Source: Minisyncoccota bacterium (GTDB lineage: Bacteria > Patescibacteriota > Minisyncoccia > Phycocordibacterales > Phycocordibacteraceae). From it: DNA of 64,000 bases. Within the stretch, counting starts at the first letter, position 1. Each line of letters opens with the position of its first letter. Shown here piece after piece: positions 43,544 to 54,106 of the stretch. Both the position numbers and the translations under genes were made by a program. Location of the stretch: positions 1,726-65,725 of the forward strand of contig JALHQL010000004.1 of the NCBI GenBank assembly GCA_022841985.1. The letters are read 5' to 3'. The notes beneath the pieces are model-generated. The model had not been told where the DNA came from. It worked only from the letters and a program-made list of their open reading frames with translations, and searched no databases.

Positions 43544-45196
43544 ATGGAGCAGCAGATCAGAAAAGCTGTCAGCGAGGCGCTTAAGACTTTGAATGCCGGC
43601 GAAGTTCCGTTTTCGGTTGAAAGACCGACTGATCTCGTGCATGGCGATTACATGACAAACGCTGCGCTTGTGGCAGCAAAGGTTATTGGTAAAAACCCTC
43701 ATGACGTTGCTGAGCAAATTGCCGATTCTCTTACGAAGTCTCTTGGTGGATCTGTGGGTCGGATTGAAGTAGCCGGTCCTGGTTTTGTAAATATTGCTCT
43801 TTCAATAGAAGCTATTGCGCTTGCTGTTAGAGAAGCTGGGGCGCAGGGTGCGGAATGGGGAAAAGGGTCTGGAGATGTAGGACAGCGAGTAGTTATTGAA
43901 TACACCGACCCGAATCCGTTTAAGGAAATGCATATTGGGCACCTCATGAGCAATGTTGTGGGGGAGTCACTCGCGCGGCTCATTGGTAATGAAGGAGCGA
44001 CAGTTATTCGTGCTAATTATCAGGGCGACGTTGGTCCCCATGTAGCTAAGGCTATATGGGGCTTGCAGAAGGCAGGCATTACCGAACCAGTGACCGCAAA
44101 AGAGATTGGAGAGGCATACGCAGAAGGTTCTCGTGCATACGAAGAGTCTCCAGAAGCGAAAGCCGAAATCGATGTATTGAACCAGGCAATCTACATGGGC
44201 AATGATAAGAACGTCATGGAATTTTGGCGAAAGGGCCGCGACATATCGCTTGCGGCTTTCGAGCGACTCTACAAAATTCTCGGAACACATTTCGATTATT
44301 ATTTTTTTGAAAGTGAGACCGCCGAATCCGGAACTCGCATAGTGAAGGATGGTCTCGAAAAGGGAATTTTTGAGGAAAGCGAAGGCGCGGTGATTTACCC
44401 GGGCGAGAAGAAAGGTCTCCACACGCTCGTATTTATTACGAGCAGAGGCACACCGACGTACGAGGCGAAAGATATTGGACTCGCATTTCTAAAAGAGGAA
44501 CGTATTCAAAGCGATCGTTCGATTATCGTGACGGCTGCCGAGCAGATAGGTCATTTCAAAATAGTATTTGCTGCTCTTGAAGATATTGCTCCTACGATTG
44601 CACAGAAAACTACACACGTGCCGCACGGGTTCCTGCGTCTTTCGACAGGGAAGATGTCCTCGCGGGCCGGAAATGTGATTACCGCAGAAGGACTTATTCG
44701 GGAGGTTGTTAGAAAAGCGAGTGAGAAAAACGAAGATCCGCTCATTGCGGAGCAGGTTGCGCTCGGGGCGATCAAGTACATGATTCTGCGTCAAGCTCCT
44801 GGATCAGATATTATCTTCGACGAAGAGAAATCACTTTCGCTTGAAGGTGACTCCGGGCCGTATCTGCAGTACGCACTTGTGCGTGCGCGGTCGGTATTGG
44901 CAGCAGCAGAGAAGGGTAGAACGCCCGTTGGTGGCGCTTCCGCGGCTCCGTATGTACTGGAGAGAATTATTTTGCATTTCCCAGAGGTCGCCGCTCGTGC
45001 TGCGCGCGAGCTCTCTCCAAATCTTCTTGCAAGTTATCTTACCGAGCTTGCAGGAGAGTGGAATTCTTTCTACGCGCAGGAGCGCATTATTGGCGGCGAT
45101 TACGAAGCGCACAAACTCATGCTTGCACGAGCGTTTATAAATACTATGAAGAACGGTCTTACTGTTCTCGGTATTCCCACGCCGGAAAGGATGTGA
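43544..45196 (+). CDS. argS: arginine--tRNA ligase
   Basis: 550 aa; 'EYTDPNPFKEMHIGHLMSNVVGE' HIGH region; ArgRS N-terminal add-1 and C-terminal DALR-like helices. Confidence 0.85.
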   Translation: MEQQIRKAVSEALKTLNAGEVPFSVERPTDLVHGDYMTNAALVAAKVIGKNPHDVAEQIADSLTKSLGGSVGRIEVAGPGFVNIALSIEAIALAVREAGAQGAEWGKGSGDVGQRVVIEYTDPNPFKEMHIGHLMSNVVGESLARLIGNEGATVIRANYQGDVGPHVAKAIWGLQKAGITEPVTAKEIGEAYAEGSRAYEESPEAKAEIDVLNQAIYMGNDKNVMEFWRKGRDISLAAFERLYKILGTHFDYYFFESETAESGTRIVKDGLEKGIFEESEGAVIYPGEKKGLHTLVFITSRGTPTYEAKDIGLAFLKEERIQSDRSIIVTAAEQIGHFKIVFAALEDIAPTIAQKTTHVPHGFLRLSTGKMSSRAGNVITAEGLIREVVRKASEKNEDPLIAEQVALGAIKYMILRQAPGSDIIFDEEKSLSLEGDSGPYLQYALVRARSVLAAAEKGRTPVGGASAAPYVLERIILHFPEVAARAARELSPNLLASYLTELAGEWNSFYAQERIIGGDYEAHKLMLARAFINTMKNGLTVLGIPTPERM

Positions 45197-45225
45197 TTGA
45201 GCACAATCACCTACTGGGTGAAAAG

Positions 45226-45262
45226 TTGACAGTTGCGAGTAGATGTATCGCGTGTTAAAATT
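45226..45262 (+). promoter_or_regulatory. sigma70-like promoter
   Basis: TTGACA - 17/18 nt - TGTTAAAAT (extended -10). Confidence 0.4.
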
Positions 45263-45325
45263 TTTTGCGGACTGCTCAGATCAGATGCACAATTCCGTGC
45301 ATCTTGAAATGTGGGGAGGTTAAGC

Positions 45326-45781
45326 ATGGCGAAAGTGTCACTGCGAACAAGGAGAATTCCTCGTAAAAAGAAGCCGGTGCCGCAGGTATCTTCAAATGGT
45401 CACCTGCATGGGAAGCCGAATGGCCAAGGAACTGCACAGCGTGTGGGAGAGGCTATAAGGCTTGGCGGCTGCTCCTCGGTAAGAGAATTCTTTCGTGTAG
45501 CAAGATGCACATTTCCAGATCATGCTCCGGAACAATGCGTCACAACAGACGATCAGCGAAGTTGGATGGAAAGGGAGCTAAGTTGGTTTGAATCTCTGGG
45601 GAGTGGGAATCCCGTTCCAAGAGGTTACAAGATTCCGGAATGTGTTCGTCTTCTTGCCGATAGGGTGCTCGAAAGCAAGAGTCGGAGAAAGTGCTTTGGG
45701 GAGTTGAGTCTTTTGAACGAAAGAAGGCTTATGCGGGCGTCATTTTCGTCAGGTCCTGCTGAGGCAGTACAGACCTCCTAG
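45326..45781 (+). CDS. hypothetical basic protein (GC-rich gene; coding status uncertain)
   Basis: 151 aa from 'MAKVSLRTRRIPRKKK'; no motif recognised; region noticeably GC-richer than flanks; followed by hairpin cggctgcagg-aataaatc-cctgcagccg (45790-45817). Confidence 0.3.
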   Translation: MAKVSLRTRRIPRKKKPVPQVSSNGHLHGKPNGQGTAQRVGEAIRLGGCSSVREFFRVARCTFPDHAPEQCVTTDDQRSWMERELSWFESLGSGNPVPRGYKIPECVRLLADRVLESKSRRKCFGELSLLNERRLMRASFSSGPAEAVQTS

Positions 45782-45856
45782 TGCGATTGCGGCTGCAGGA
45801 ATAAATCCCTGCAGCCGTTTCCATTTTTACCTTGTAAACGATACTATAAGGAAATT

Positions 45857-48800
45857 ATGGGAGTTCCGGAAAAGTCAGAGGCGACAAAACGGGAGGAGTC
45901 CATCCTCGCGTTTTGGGAGCGCGACCGCATTTTCGAAAAAACGCTGCAGAAGAAATCACCGAAGGGCGACTTTGTTTTTTATGAGGGGCCGCCAACGGCC
46001 AATGGAAAGCCGGGTATTCATCATCTTGAAAGTCGTGCTTTTAAAGACGCTATTCCACGCTATAAGACGATGCGCGGCTATCGTGTGAATCGTCGCGCTG
46101 GTTGGGATACTCACGGGCTTCCTGTAGAACTTCAAATCGAGAAAGAATTAGGTTTTTCTGGCAAGAAAGACATCGAGCAGTACGGCATCGCCGCGTTTAA
46201 CAAGAAGTGTCGAGAGAGTGTCTTTACCTACATCGATCTTTGGGAGAAGTTTACCAAACGCATCGGCTACTGGGTCGATGAGAGCAAAGCTTACTTTACG
46301 TTTGATAGCGCATATATGGAGGTGGTGTGGCATCTCTTTGCTCAGACAGCAAAGGACGGACGACTGTATAAAGATTATAGAATTGTGCCGTGGTGTCCGC
46401 GCTGTGGGACGGCGCTTTCTTCCCACGAACTTGCTCAGGGCTATGCGGATGTAAAGGATCTAACTATTATCGCTAGGTTTGAATTGGCAGATGAGCCAGG
46501 GACGTATCTGCTTGCGTGGACGACAACCCCATGGACTCTTCCAGGGAATGTCGCGCTTGCGGTTAATTCGGACTTGACATACGCGAAATATACGTGGGAG
46601 GGAGAATCTTTTATCATGGCAAAAGATCTTGCACATAAATACCCAGGACAGTTAGTTGAGGAGTTTTTGGGAAAAAATCTTGTCGGGAAGAGATATAAAC
46701 CCTTGTATACTTTTGCAAAAGATCTTGCAGCTGCAAGTGAGATGTCAAAATTTGAGAAGGCGTTTCAAGTGTATGCGGCAGATTTTGTAACAACCGAAGA
46801 CGGCACGGGGATCGTACATATCGCGCCGATGTATGGACAGGACGATTTTGAACTCGGAAATAAAAACGGATTGCCGAAAGTGCACCTTGTTTCTCCGGAA
46901 GGGAAATTTGTTACGGGCACCGGCCCTTTAGAAGGAATGATGGTTACCGAAGAGGGGACGTCGGTCGAAATATTAAAAGATCTCCAGGTGCGAAGTCTAG
47001 TATTCAAAAAAGAGTCATACGCACACACGTATCCGTTTTGCTGGCGCTGCAAGACACGGCTCATCTATTACGCACGTGACTCGTGGTATATCCGCATGCA
47101 GGATTTGCGGGCAAAGCTCGTAGCTGAGAATAAAAAGATTCATTGGGAACCGGAATATATACGCGAAGGTCGCATGGGTGAGTGGCTTTCAAATGCAAAA
47201 GATTGGGCGATAAGTCGAGAGCGGTATTGGGGTACGCCGCTTCCGGTGTGGCGCAGTGCAGAGGGAAACGAACAGCTTGTTATTGGTTCGGTTGATGAGT
47301 TGAAAAAATATACGAAGAAATCCGGTAATACGTATTTCGTCATGCGGCATGGCGAAGCTGAGAATAATGTGAAGAGGGTCGTAAGTTCAGACCCTTCTGT
47401 CAGCAAGTTAACAGAGATGGGGAGAGGTCAGGTCTATGCATCCGCCGCCTCCCTTAAGAGAACTGGTATCGATGTGATATTTGCGTCTCCATTTCTTCGC
47501 ACGAAGGAAACTGCAGAAATTGTCGCCGCTGAACTTGGTGTTGATAAGACATCAATTGTTTTTGATGAGCGTTTGCGTGAGCTTGGTTTCGGTCAGCTTT
47601 CCGGGAAATCGTACGATGAATTTCTTGCCTATCGTGTAAAGCATAACCCAGGTCCTGCGGAGCCTATGATGGATGGAGAAAGTTATGAAGATGTGAAGCG
47701 TCGTTTCGGGGAGTTCATTTACGAGATAGAAAAGTCAGAAAAAAATAAGCGCATTCTTATTGTGACCCACACCGTGGGTATCGAGGCTCTTACGGCGGTT
47801 GCGCAAGGCGGGGATGCGGATGTTTTTTTAGAGATTGGAAGAACTTCTCATTTCAAAATGGGCGGTGTCCATGATTTGAATTTCGTTTCATTGCCGCACA
47901 ATGAGGAGTATGAGCTCGATCTGCACAGGCCGTATATCGATGATGTGGTGCTCGTATCCGAGAAGGGGACTGAGTTACGACGGGTTTCTGAGGTTATGGA
48001 TGTTTGGTTTGACTCCGGAGCAATGCCGTTTGCACAGGCGGCAAAGGATCGAAAGAATGAGTCGCTTGAAACGTTCTTAAAGAAAATTGAGTACCCCGCT
48101 GACTTCATTAGTGAAGCTATTGATCAAACTCGTGGGTGGTTCTATACACTTCTTGCTGTGGGAACTCTTTCAGGACGAGGCGCCGCTTTCAAGAATGTTA
48201 TTTCCCTCGGGCACTTGCTCGACGCTGCTGGACAGAAGATGAGCAAGTCGAAGGGTAATGTAGTTGATCCATGGGTAGAGATGGAGAGGTGGGGCGCTGA
48301 TACGATTCGTTTTTGGATGTACAGCGTTACTCAGCCAGGCGATTCGAAAAATTACGATGAGAAGACGGTAAAGGAGTCTGCAAAGGTTCTTTCATGGGTC
48401 GAGAACAGTGCAAAGTTTTTTGAGCTCTTCAAAGAGGTGTCCAAAAAACAAAGCCCAGTGTCTGTTATGGATCAGTGGATGATAGTGCGCACAAATCAAA
48501 CGATTTCAGTCGTTACGAAATCTATGGATGCATACCAGCCATTTGAAGCTACGCGAGCGATAGCGAACTTAGCGGAAGATCTTTCTCAGTGGTACGTACG
48601 GCGTGTTCGTGACCGTGTGCGTGAGGGTGATAGTGCTGCAATTGCGACCCTCCAGGGCGTACTTCGTAATTTGGCTCTCATGCTTGCGCCTTTTGCTCCT
48701 TTTTTGGCGGAAGATATTTTTGCAAGGGTTAAAGAAGAGGGTGATCCTGTCAGTGTGCATCTTGCTCACTGGCCTCGAGGATCCGAGACATTTTGGCAGA

Positions 48801-49216
48801 AATTATTTGCCCAGGGGAGGAAAGGGGTTTTGCTTGAGGATATGGCGCGAGTGCGTTCTCTTGCATCAGAAGCGCTTCAAATGCGTCAAAAGTCGGGTAT
48901 TAAAGTGCGCCAGCCCCTCGCGACTCTCACGGTTCCAGACGCTCTTTCGCCAGAGCTTGCACACATTCTTGCTGAAGAGGTGAATGTAAAAGAAGTTGTT
49001 GTGGGTACAGAGCTTGTACTCGATACGAATCTCACGCCGGAGCTTATTAAGGAGGGTGACGAGCGAGATTTTGCGCGCGCAGTCGCCGAGGCACGCAAGG
49101 CAGAAGGATTTTCTCCGAAAGATAAGGCGCGTGCGGAAATGACTATAGAAGGGAAACATTCCGTCACACTCTCAACTGGGGTGACTCGGTTCAATCTCAT
49201 TCGCGATGCGACATAA
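45857..49216 (+). CDS. ileS: isoleucine--tRNA ligase with inserted histidine-phosphatase (PGAM-like) domain
   Basis: 1119 aa; '[13 protein letters not shown]' (HIGH-like), 'WDTHGLPVE', 'KMSKSKGN'; ~190-aa insert (nt ~47325-47900) with '[11 protein letters not shown]', '[11 protein letters not shown]', 'IVTHTVGI' = histidine phosphatase superfamily motifs, between 'SVDELKKY' and 'DLHRPYIDD'. Confidence 0.9.
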   Translation: MGVPEKSEATKREESILAFWERDRIFEKTLQKKSPKGDFVFYEGPPTANGKPGIHHLESRAFKDAIPRYKTMRGYRVNRRAGWDTHGLPVELQIEKELGFSGKKDIEQYGIAAFNKKCRESVFTYIDLWEKFTKRIGYWVDESKAYFTFDSAYMEVVWHLFAQTAKDGRLYKDYRIVPWCPRCGTALSSHELAQGYADVKDLTIIARFELADEPGTYLLAWTTTPWTLPGNVALAVNSDLTYAKYTWEGESFIMAKDLAHKYPGQLVEEFLGKNLVGKRYKPLYTFAKDLAAASEMSKFEKAFQVYAADFVTTEDGTGIVHIAPMYGQDDFELGNKNGLPKVHLVSPEGKFVTGTGPLEGMMVTEEGTSVEILKDLQVRSLVFKKESYAHTYPFCWRCKTRLIYYARDSWYIRMQDLRAKLVAENKKIHWEPEYIREGRMGEWLSNAKDWAISRERYWGTPLPVWRSAEGNEQLVIGSVDELKKYTKKSGNTYFVMRHGEAENNVKRVVSSDPSVSKLTEMGRGQVYASAASLKRTGIDVIFASPFLRTKETAEIVAAELGVDKTSIVFDERLRELGFGQLSGKSYDEFLAYRVKHNPGPAEPMMDGESYEDVKRRFGEFIYEIEKSEKNKRILIVTHTVGIEALTAVAQGGDADVFLEIGRTSHFKMGGVHDLNFVSLPHNEEYELDLHRPYIDDVVLVSEKGTELRRVSEVMDVWFDSGAMPFAQAAKDRKNESLETFLKKIEYPADFISEAIDQTRGWFYTLLAVGTLSGRGAAFKNVISLGHLLDAAGQKMSKSKGNVVDPWVEMERWGADTIRFWMYSVTQPGDSKNYDEKTVKESAKVLSWVENSAKFFELFKEVSKKQSPVSVMDQWMIVRTNQTISVVTKSMDAYQPFEATRAIANLAEDLSQWYVRRVRDRVREGDSAAIATLQGVLRNLALMLAPFAPFLAEDIFARVKEEGDPVSVHLAHWPRGSETFWQKLFAQGRKGVLLEDMARVRSLASEALQMRQKSGIKVRQPLATLTVPDALSPELAHILAEEVNVKEVVVGTELVLDTNLTPELIKEGDERDFARAVAEARKAEGFSPKDKARAEMTIEGKHSVTLSTGVTRFNLIRDAT

Positions 49217-49775
49217 ATACGAAACCCGCGGCATTATACTTTCCCGAACGCCGTCCGGAGAAGCGAATGCATTTGTGACTCTTCTTACCCCGACTCTTGG
49301 GTTGGTTCGTGCTCGTGCGCAGAGCGTGCGTCGTTCTGGCGCCAAACTCTCCGCTGCGCTCGTAACATTTGCCGAAAGTGACTTGGTGCTAGTGCGCGGG
49401 AAAGAAGGGTGGCGCATTGTCGGGGCGGTTCTTTCAGAAAATTGGTTTATGAAAATGGAGCAGACCGCGTCGCGTCGCAGAGCAGCGCGTGTCTCGGGAC
49501 TTCTAGTACGACTAGTAGCAGGGGAAGCGCATGATCCGGAGCTTTTCCCGATCATCAGAAGCTTTTTAGAAGCACTTGTGACGCTGCCCGAAGATACACA
49601 CGAAGCTGTCGAGATGCTTGCTGCGCTTCGTGCGCTTGCAGCGCTCGGGCTTGATTCAGGAGAGATTCCTGGCGAGGTATCTGCGTTTACTGCGCCACTC
49701 CTCACTTCGGTCGAAGCTGAGCGTACAAGTTACGTGGCGCGCATCAATCGCGGTATTACCGCTTCAGGTCTTTGA
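49206..49775 (+). CDS. DNA repair protein RecO-like (short)
   Basis: 189 aa; '[28 protein letters not shown]' OB-fold N-terminus typical of RecO; lacks zinc-finger region. Confidence 0.5.
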   Translation: MRHKYETRGIILSRTPSGEANAFVTLLTPTLGLVRARAQSVRRSGAKLSAALVTFAESDLVLVRGKEGWRIVGAVLSENWFMKMEQTASRRRAARVSGLLVRLVAGEAHDPELFPIIRSFLEALVTLPEDTHEAVEMLAALRALAALGLDSGEIPGEVSAFTAPLLTSVEAERTSYVARINRGITASGL

Positions 49776-49788
49776 TATACTGCATCTG

Positions 49789-51678
49789 ATGCCACAACCC
49801 GTTGAAGACGATACTGGTTTGCTTGAACGAGCGCGCGAGCGCCTTTATATTCCTGGCGTTACGATACATGATGTACGTGCACCGATGGCTGCCTCCGATA
49901 AGCCGTCATTGCCGCACGCGTGGAAAGAAGATTCGATTCCGGATGTACTCCCGCCTCGTAGAGCGCGACAGGTACACGTTGCGGGCATATTTTTCATGGC
50001 CTCCTTCATATTTTTTCTTGTCTCACTTGGTGGCGTCGGCTATTTCTTTTACTATGGCGGTAATTCAGTATCGATAGATAAAATTGCCATTGATATACAG
50101 GGCCCGACGACGATTGCTGGTGGTGATACGGTGCCTCTCTCACTTACCGTTACGAATAAAAATGCAGTCGCAATCGAGAATGTGACCATTGAGATTGATT
50201 TCCCGAGCAGCGCGAGAAGTGCGACTGATGTGTTGAGTCCGTATCCACGCTATGTCGAGACGCTTGGTACTCTGGCGAGCGGCGCGACAATAACACGCTC
50301 GGTGAAAGCCGTCATGTTTGGAGGGGAAGGACAGAGTCTAACGTTGCCTATTTCTCTTTCCTACAGTACGGCCGGTTCCAATGCGGTGTTTGTCAAAAAA
50401 ACTTCCTATATACTCGCGATTTCTTCGACGCCGCTTTCATTATCGGTCGATACACCCACTGAGACCGTGTCAGGAAAGCTAGTCACACTTACGCTCTCAG
50501 TTCGTTCAAATGCAACCACACCACTCTCGGATGTTGTATTGACTCCTTCTTTCCCTTTTGGTTTCTCGATTGCTTCATCTTCAATCCAGATACAGAACTC
50601 AAGTTTTTTTATCGGCACCATGCTGCCGGGCGCGAGCAAGACGATAACGGTTACCGGAAGGCTTGTTGGGCAAGATAAAGAACAGAGAGTCTTTCGTTTT
50701 GCTGTCGGGACCGCGAAAACCACGCAAGATCACACTCTTGGAATCGCGTATGTGACTCAAGAGGCGACGATGACGATTGCTGCACCATTCATCAACACGA
50801 GTATCACGATCAACGGTGATACAAGAGACTCTGCCGTTGTTTCTTCTGGAAGCTCTCAAAATGTCACTGTTTCTTATGTGAATACGCTTCCCACAAGTGT
50901 TACTAATGCAACGATTGAAATTAAGATTTCAGGTCCCGCTGTCGATTATGAAAGCATTCGCACGCAAAGCGGTTTTTACCGTTCTGCCGACCGCACAATA
51001 GTCTTCAGTCGTGACACAGAGTCCACGCTTGCGATGCTTGCACCCGGCGCTTCTGGTACTGGTTCTTTTACATTCTCGACACTGCCACTTGACGCTATTA
51101 TTTCCGCGCCAGTAATCACTTTTACTGCCTCTGTGTCGGGCACTCGTGTGGGACAAAGCAATGTACCGGAACAGGTAAGCGCCTCCGTGATTAAAACCGC
51201 GAAAGTTTCTACCGCAGTCGCACTCTCGGCATTCGCGCTCCATAGTTCGGGGCCTCTGAGTACGAGCGGCCCGATTCCTCCTCGCGTCAATATGCCGACG
51301 ACCTACACTATTGTCTGGAATGTACAAAATAAAGGTAGTGCCATCGCCGACGGCTCTGTGAGTGCGACCTTACCGAGCTATGTTTCTTATACGGATGCGA
51401 CCGCAGGTGTTGGCTCTTTCTCCTACAATAAGGCAGCGCATACCGTCTCATGGAATGTTGGCGATCTTGCACAAGGGGCGTCTGCACAAGGGGTTTTCCA
51501 GGTGTCTCTTACACCCTCGACCTCTCAGAAGGGTACGGCACCTGCTCTCACGGGAGGAGTGTCTTTTTCGGGATACGATCGTTTTGCGGGGATAACGATT
51601 AAGGGGACGGCAGATCCAGCGACAACCGATACGAAAGGAGACCCGGGGTATGTCGGAGCGAACGCAATTGTGCAATAA
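49789..51678 (+). CDS. large membrane-anchored surface protein with tandem beta-sandwich (CARDB/DUF11-like) repeats
   Basis: 630 aa; N-terminal TM 'MASFIFFLVSLGGVGYFFYY'; repeated '...TVTNKNAVAIENVTIEIDFP' / '...TIEIKISGPAVDYESI' / 'WNVQNKGSAIADGSVSATLP' modules. Confidence 0.5.
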   Translation: MPQPVEDDTGLLERARERLYIPGVTIHDVRAPMAASDKPSLPHAWKEDSIPDVLPPRRARQVHVAGIFFMASFIFFLVSLGGVGYFFYYGGNSVSIDKIAIDIQGPTTIAGGDTVPLSLTVTNKNAVAIENVTIEIDFPSSARSATDVLSPYPRYVETLGTLASGATITRSVKAVMFGGEGQSLTLPISLSYSTAGSNAVFVKKTSYILAISSTPLSLSVDTPTETVSGKLVTLTLSVRSNATTPLSDVVLTPSFPFGFSIASSSIQIQNSSFFIGTMLPGASKTITVTGRLVGQDKEQRVFRFAVGTAKTTQDHTLGIAYVTQEATMTIAAPFINTSITINGDTRDSAVVSSGSSQNVTVSYVNTLPTSVTNATIEIKISGPAVDYESIRTQSGFYRSADRTIVFSRDTESTLAMLAPGASGTGSFTFSTLPLDAIISAPVITFTASVSGTRVGQSNVPEQVSASVIKTAKVSTAVALSAFALHSSGPLSTSGPIPPRVNMPTTYTIVWNVQNKGSAIADGSVSATLPSYVSYTDATAGVGSFSYNKAAHTVSWNVGDLAQGASAQGVFQVSLTPSTSQKGTAPALTGGVSFSGYDRFAGITIKGTADPATTDTKGDPGYVGANAIVQ

Positions 51679-51682
51679 TGCC

Positions 51683-53014
51683 ATGTCTATGACCGAATTG
51701 AATCTCATGGAAAAGATAATCTCTCTCACGAAGAGGCGAGGCTTTGTGTTCCCTGGCTCAGAGATCTATGGCGGCCTTGCTGGTACGTTTGATTACGGGC
51801 CTCTTGGGGTTGTTCTGAAAGAAAATGTCGAACGTCTCTGGCTCCAGATGTTTCGTGAAGAGCGTGATGATATGTACGGCGTTGACGCCGCAATTCTCAT
51901 GAATCCAAAAATATGGGAAGCAAGCGGTCATGTGGCTGGCTTTTCCGACCCGCTTGTTGAGTGTCAGAAATGCAAGAAGCGTTTCCGCGCGGATCATCTC
52001 GATGGTTCAGGAAAGTGTCCCGAATGCGAAGGGAAATTAGGGGCTATGCGGCAGTTCAACATGATGTTCAAGACGCATGCTGGCGCAAATGAGGATACCT
52101 CATCGGTCGTGTATTTACGTCCGGAGACCGCTGGTGGCATCTTCGCGAATTTTAAGAATGTCGTGGACTCGATACATCCGAAATTGCCGTTTGGCATCGC
52201 ACAGATAGGGAAGGCGTTCCGAAATGAAATTGCTCCTAGAGATTTCATTTTCCGTTTGCGTGAACTGTCGCAAATGGAGGTGGAGTATTTTGTGCATCCG
52301 TCAGCTTGGGAACAGTCATTTGAAGAGTGGCGTAAGACGATGCATCTTTTCGCGAAAGCGGTCGGAATACCAGAGGACTCTGTGCACGAACTTGAAGTCG
52401 CAGATGAAGATCGTGCGCACTACAGCAAGCGCACTATCGACTTCGAATTCGACTATCCCTTCGGCCGCAAGGAGCTTTGGGGTCTCGCATATCGTACCGA
52501 TTTCGATCTCTCTGCCCATGAAAAGAGTTCCAACGTCGAACTCAAGTATCTTGATGAGGTGTCGGGAGAAAAATTTACGCCGCACGTGATCGAGCCGTCT
52601 CTCGGGGTTGATCGCACAATACTTGCCATACTTGCGAGTGCGTACCGCGAAGACGATATGGGAGGCGAAGTGCGGACATATCTCGCACTTGCACCAAAGA
52701 TTGCACCGGTAAAGGCGATGGTCTCGCCACTTCTTAAGAATAAACCTGAACTCATTGCGAAAGCCCGAGAGGTTAGAGCAGAACTTAAGCGAATTCATCC
52801 GGCAATCGCTTGGGATGATAATGGCAACATCGGTAAACGCTATCGCCGTCAAGATGAGATTGGTACGCCGTTTTGCATCACGATCGACTTCGATACGCTC
52901 GGCGAAACGCCAGAGCTCAAAGAGACAGTGACATTGCGTGATCGTGATACAGGGAGGCAGGAGCGTCTCACCGTTCCTGAAGTCGCAGAACGCATCCGCG
53001 CATCCATTCAATAG
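51683..53014 (+). CDS. glycine--tRNA ligase (homodimeric class II)
   Basis: 'MEKIISLTKRRGFVFPGSEIYGGLAGTFDYGPLGV', motif 2 'FRNEIAPRDFIFRLREL', zinc-knuckle 'CQKCKKRFRADH...CPEC'. Confidence 0.85.
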   Translation: MSMTELNLMEKIISLTKRRGFVFPGSEIYGGLAGTFDYGPLGVVLKENVERLWLQMFREERDDMYGVDAAILMNPKIWEASGHVAGFSDPLVECQKCKKRFRADHLDGSGKCPECEGKLGAMRQFNMMFKTHAGANEDTSSVVYLRPETAGGIFANFKNVVDSIHPKLPFGIAQIGKAFRNEIAPRDFIFRLRELSQMEVEYFVHPSAWEQSFEEWRKTMHLFAKAVGIPEDSVHELEVADEDRAHYSKRTIDFEFDYPFGRKELWGLAYRTDFDLSAHEKSSNVELKYLDEVSGEKFTPHVIEPSLGVDRTILAILASAYREDDMGGEVRTYLALAPKIAPVKAMVSPLLKNKPELIAKAREVRAELKRIHPAIAWDDNGNIGKRYRRQDEIGTPFCITIDFDTLGETPELKETVTLRDRDTGRQERLTVPEVAERIRASIQ

Positions 53015-53038
53015 GAGAGTTCATGCTAGAATGTTCGT

Positions 53039-54103
53039 ATGGGAAAAGAGACACGAATTTCCATCTCAGTAGGTACGGTTATTACGACGCTTCTGATTAT
53101 GGCGGGGGCGTATGTGCTCTGGCTTTTGCGGGATCTCGTGCTTCTCGTTCTTACGGCCATAATTATTGCATCAGCAATTGAGCCGCAAATCGCATTCCTC
53201 ATCAGGCTGAGTATACCGCGCTTCATGGCGGCGCTACTCGTCTACGCGGCCGTGTTCGGTTTTACATTTTCGCTTCTCTTTTTCTTCTTTCCACCGATCA
53301 TTGCTGATGCTACGAATTTCTTCTCGGCGATGCCGAGGTATCTCGATACGATAAATGTGCCTTCGTCGTTCCCAAGTATTTCAAGTGCGGCAAATTTTTC
53401 GGTTGAACAGCACGGTCTGCAATCTTTTGTAGAGACACTTCTTTCGTTTCAGTCAGTCTTTACTGCCGGTTCAGAAGGAGTGCTGCAAATTCTCGTGACG
53501 TTTTTCGGAGGCGTCTTTTCGCTTGCGTTAGTGATCGTTCTCTCATTTTACTTTGCGCTTCAGTCCACCGGAGTCAATGATTTCCTTCGTATGGTGATGC
53601 CAGTCAGATATGAGGAGTATTCTATTGACCTATGGAAGCGTTCCCAGAAGAAGATCGCGCTTTGGATGCAGGGCCAAATACTTCTTTCCGTCATTGTGGG
53701 TATTCTTGTGTATCTCGGACTCCTTATCATCGGTATACCATACGCACTTCTCATTGCAGTGTTTACGGCCTTGATGGAAATTATCCCGGTGTTCGGATCT
53801 CTCATAGCAGGAACGGTGGCCGTCATTGTCGGATTTTCGGAGGGCGGCGTTTCTCTTGCGACAATCGTGCTAGGTCTCTATATTGTTGTGAATCAATTTG
53901 AATCAAATCTCATTTATCCGCTTATCGTGAAAAAAATTATTGGCATCCCGCCACTCTTGGTCATTGTGGCTCTTATAGCAGGATACACGCTCGCTGGTTT
54001 TCTTGGAGTATTGCTGTCGGTACCTCTTGCGGCGGTCGCATTGGAGTTCATCTCGGATTTCGATAAGAAGAAACGCAATCTATCCGTACAATCGGTAGAT
54101 TGA
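53039..54103 (+). CDS. AI-2E family transporter (PerM/UPF0118)
   Basis: 354 aa; 8 TM; 'LLVLTAIIIASAIEP', 'ALMEIIPVFGSLIAG' conserved blocks. Confidence 0.75.
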   Translation: MGKETRISISVGTVITTLLIMAGAYVLWLLRDLVLLVLTAIIIASAIEPQIAFLIRLSIPRFMAALLVYAAVFGFTFSLLFFFFPPIIADATNFFSAMPRYLDTINVPSSFPSISSAANFSVEQHGLQSFVETLLSFQSVFTAGSEGVLQILVTFFGGVFSLALVIVLSFYFALQSTGVNDFLRMVMPVRYEEYSIDLWKRSQKKIALWMQGQILLSVIVGILVYLGLLIIGIPYALLIAVFTALMEIIPVFGSLIAGTVAVIVGFSEGGVSLATIVLGLYIVVNQFESNLIYPLIVKKIIGIPPLLVIVALIAGYTLAGFLGVLLSVPLAAVALEFISDFDKKKRNLSVQSVD

Positions 54104-54106
54104 AAT

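Noticed and set aside
45300-45830. tmRNA (ssrA)
   Set aside because: No GGGG...UUCGAC 5' tRNA-like start, no GGUUCGAUUCC T-arm / CCA end, no ANDENYALAA-type tag frame found by eye.
49172-49705. 177-aa minus-strand ORF antisense to recO-like gene
   Set aside because: Ala/Ser/Arg-rich shadow ORF in a GC-rich gene; plus-strand product has RecO-like N-terminus and is in operon orientation with neighbours.
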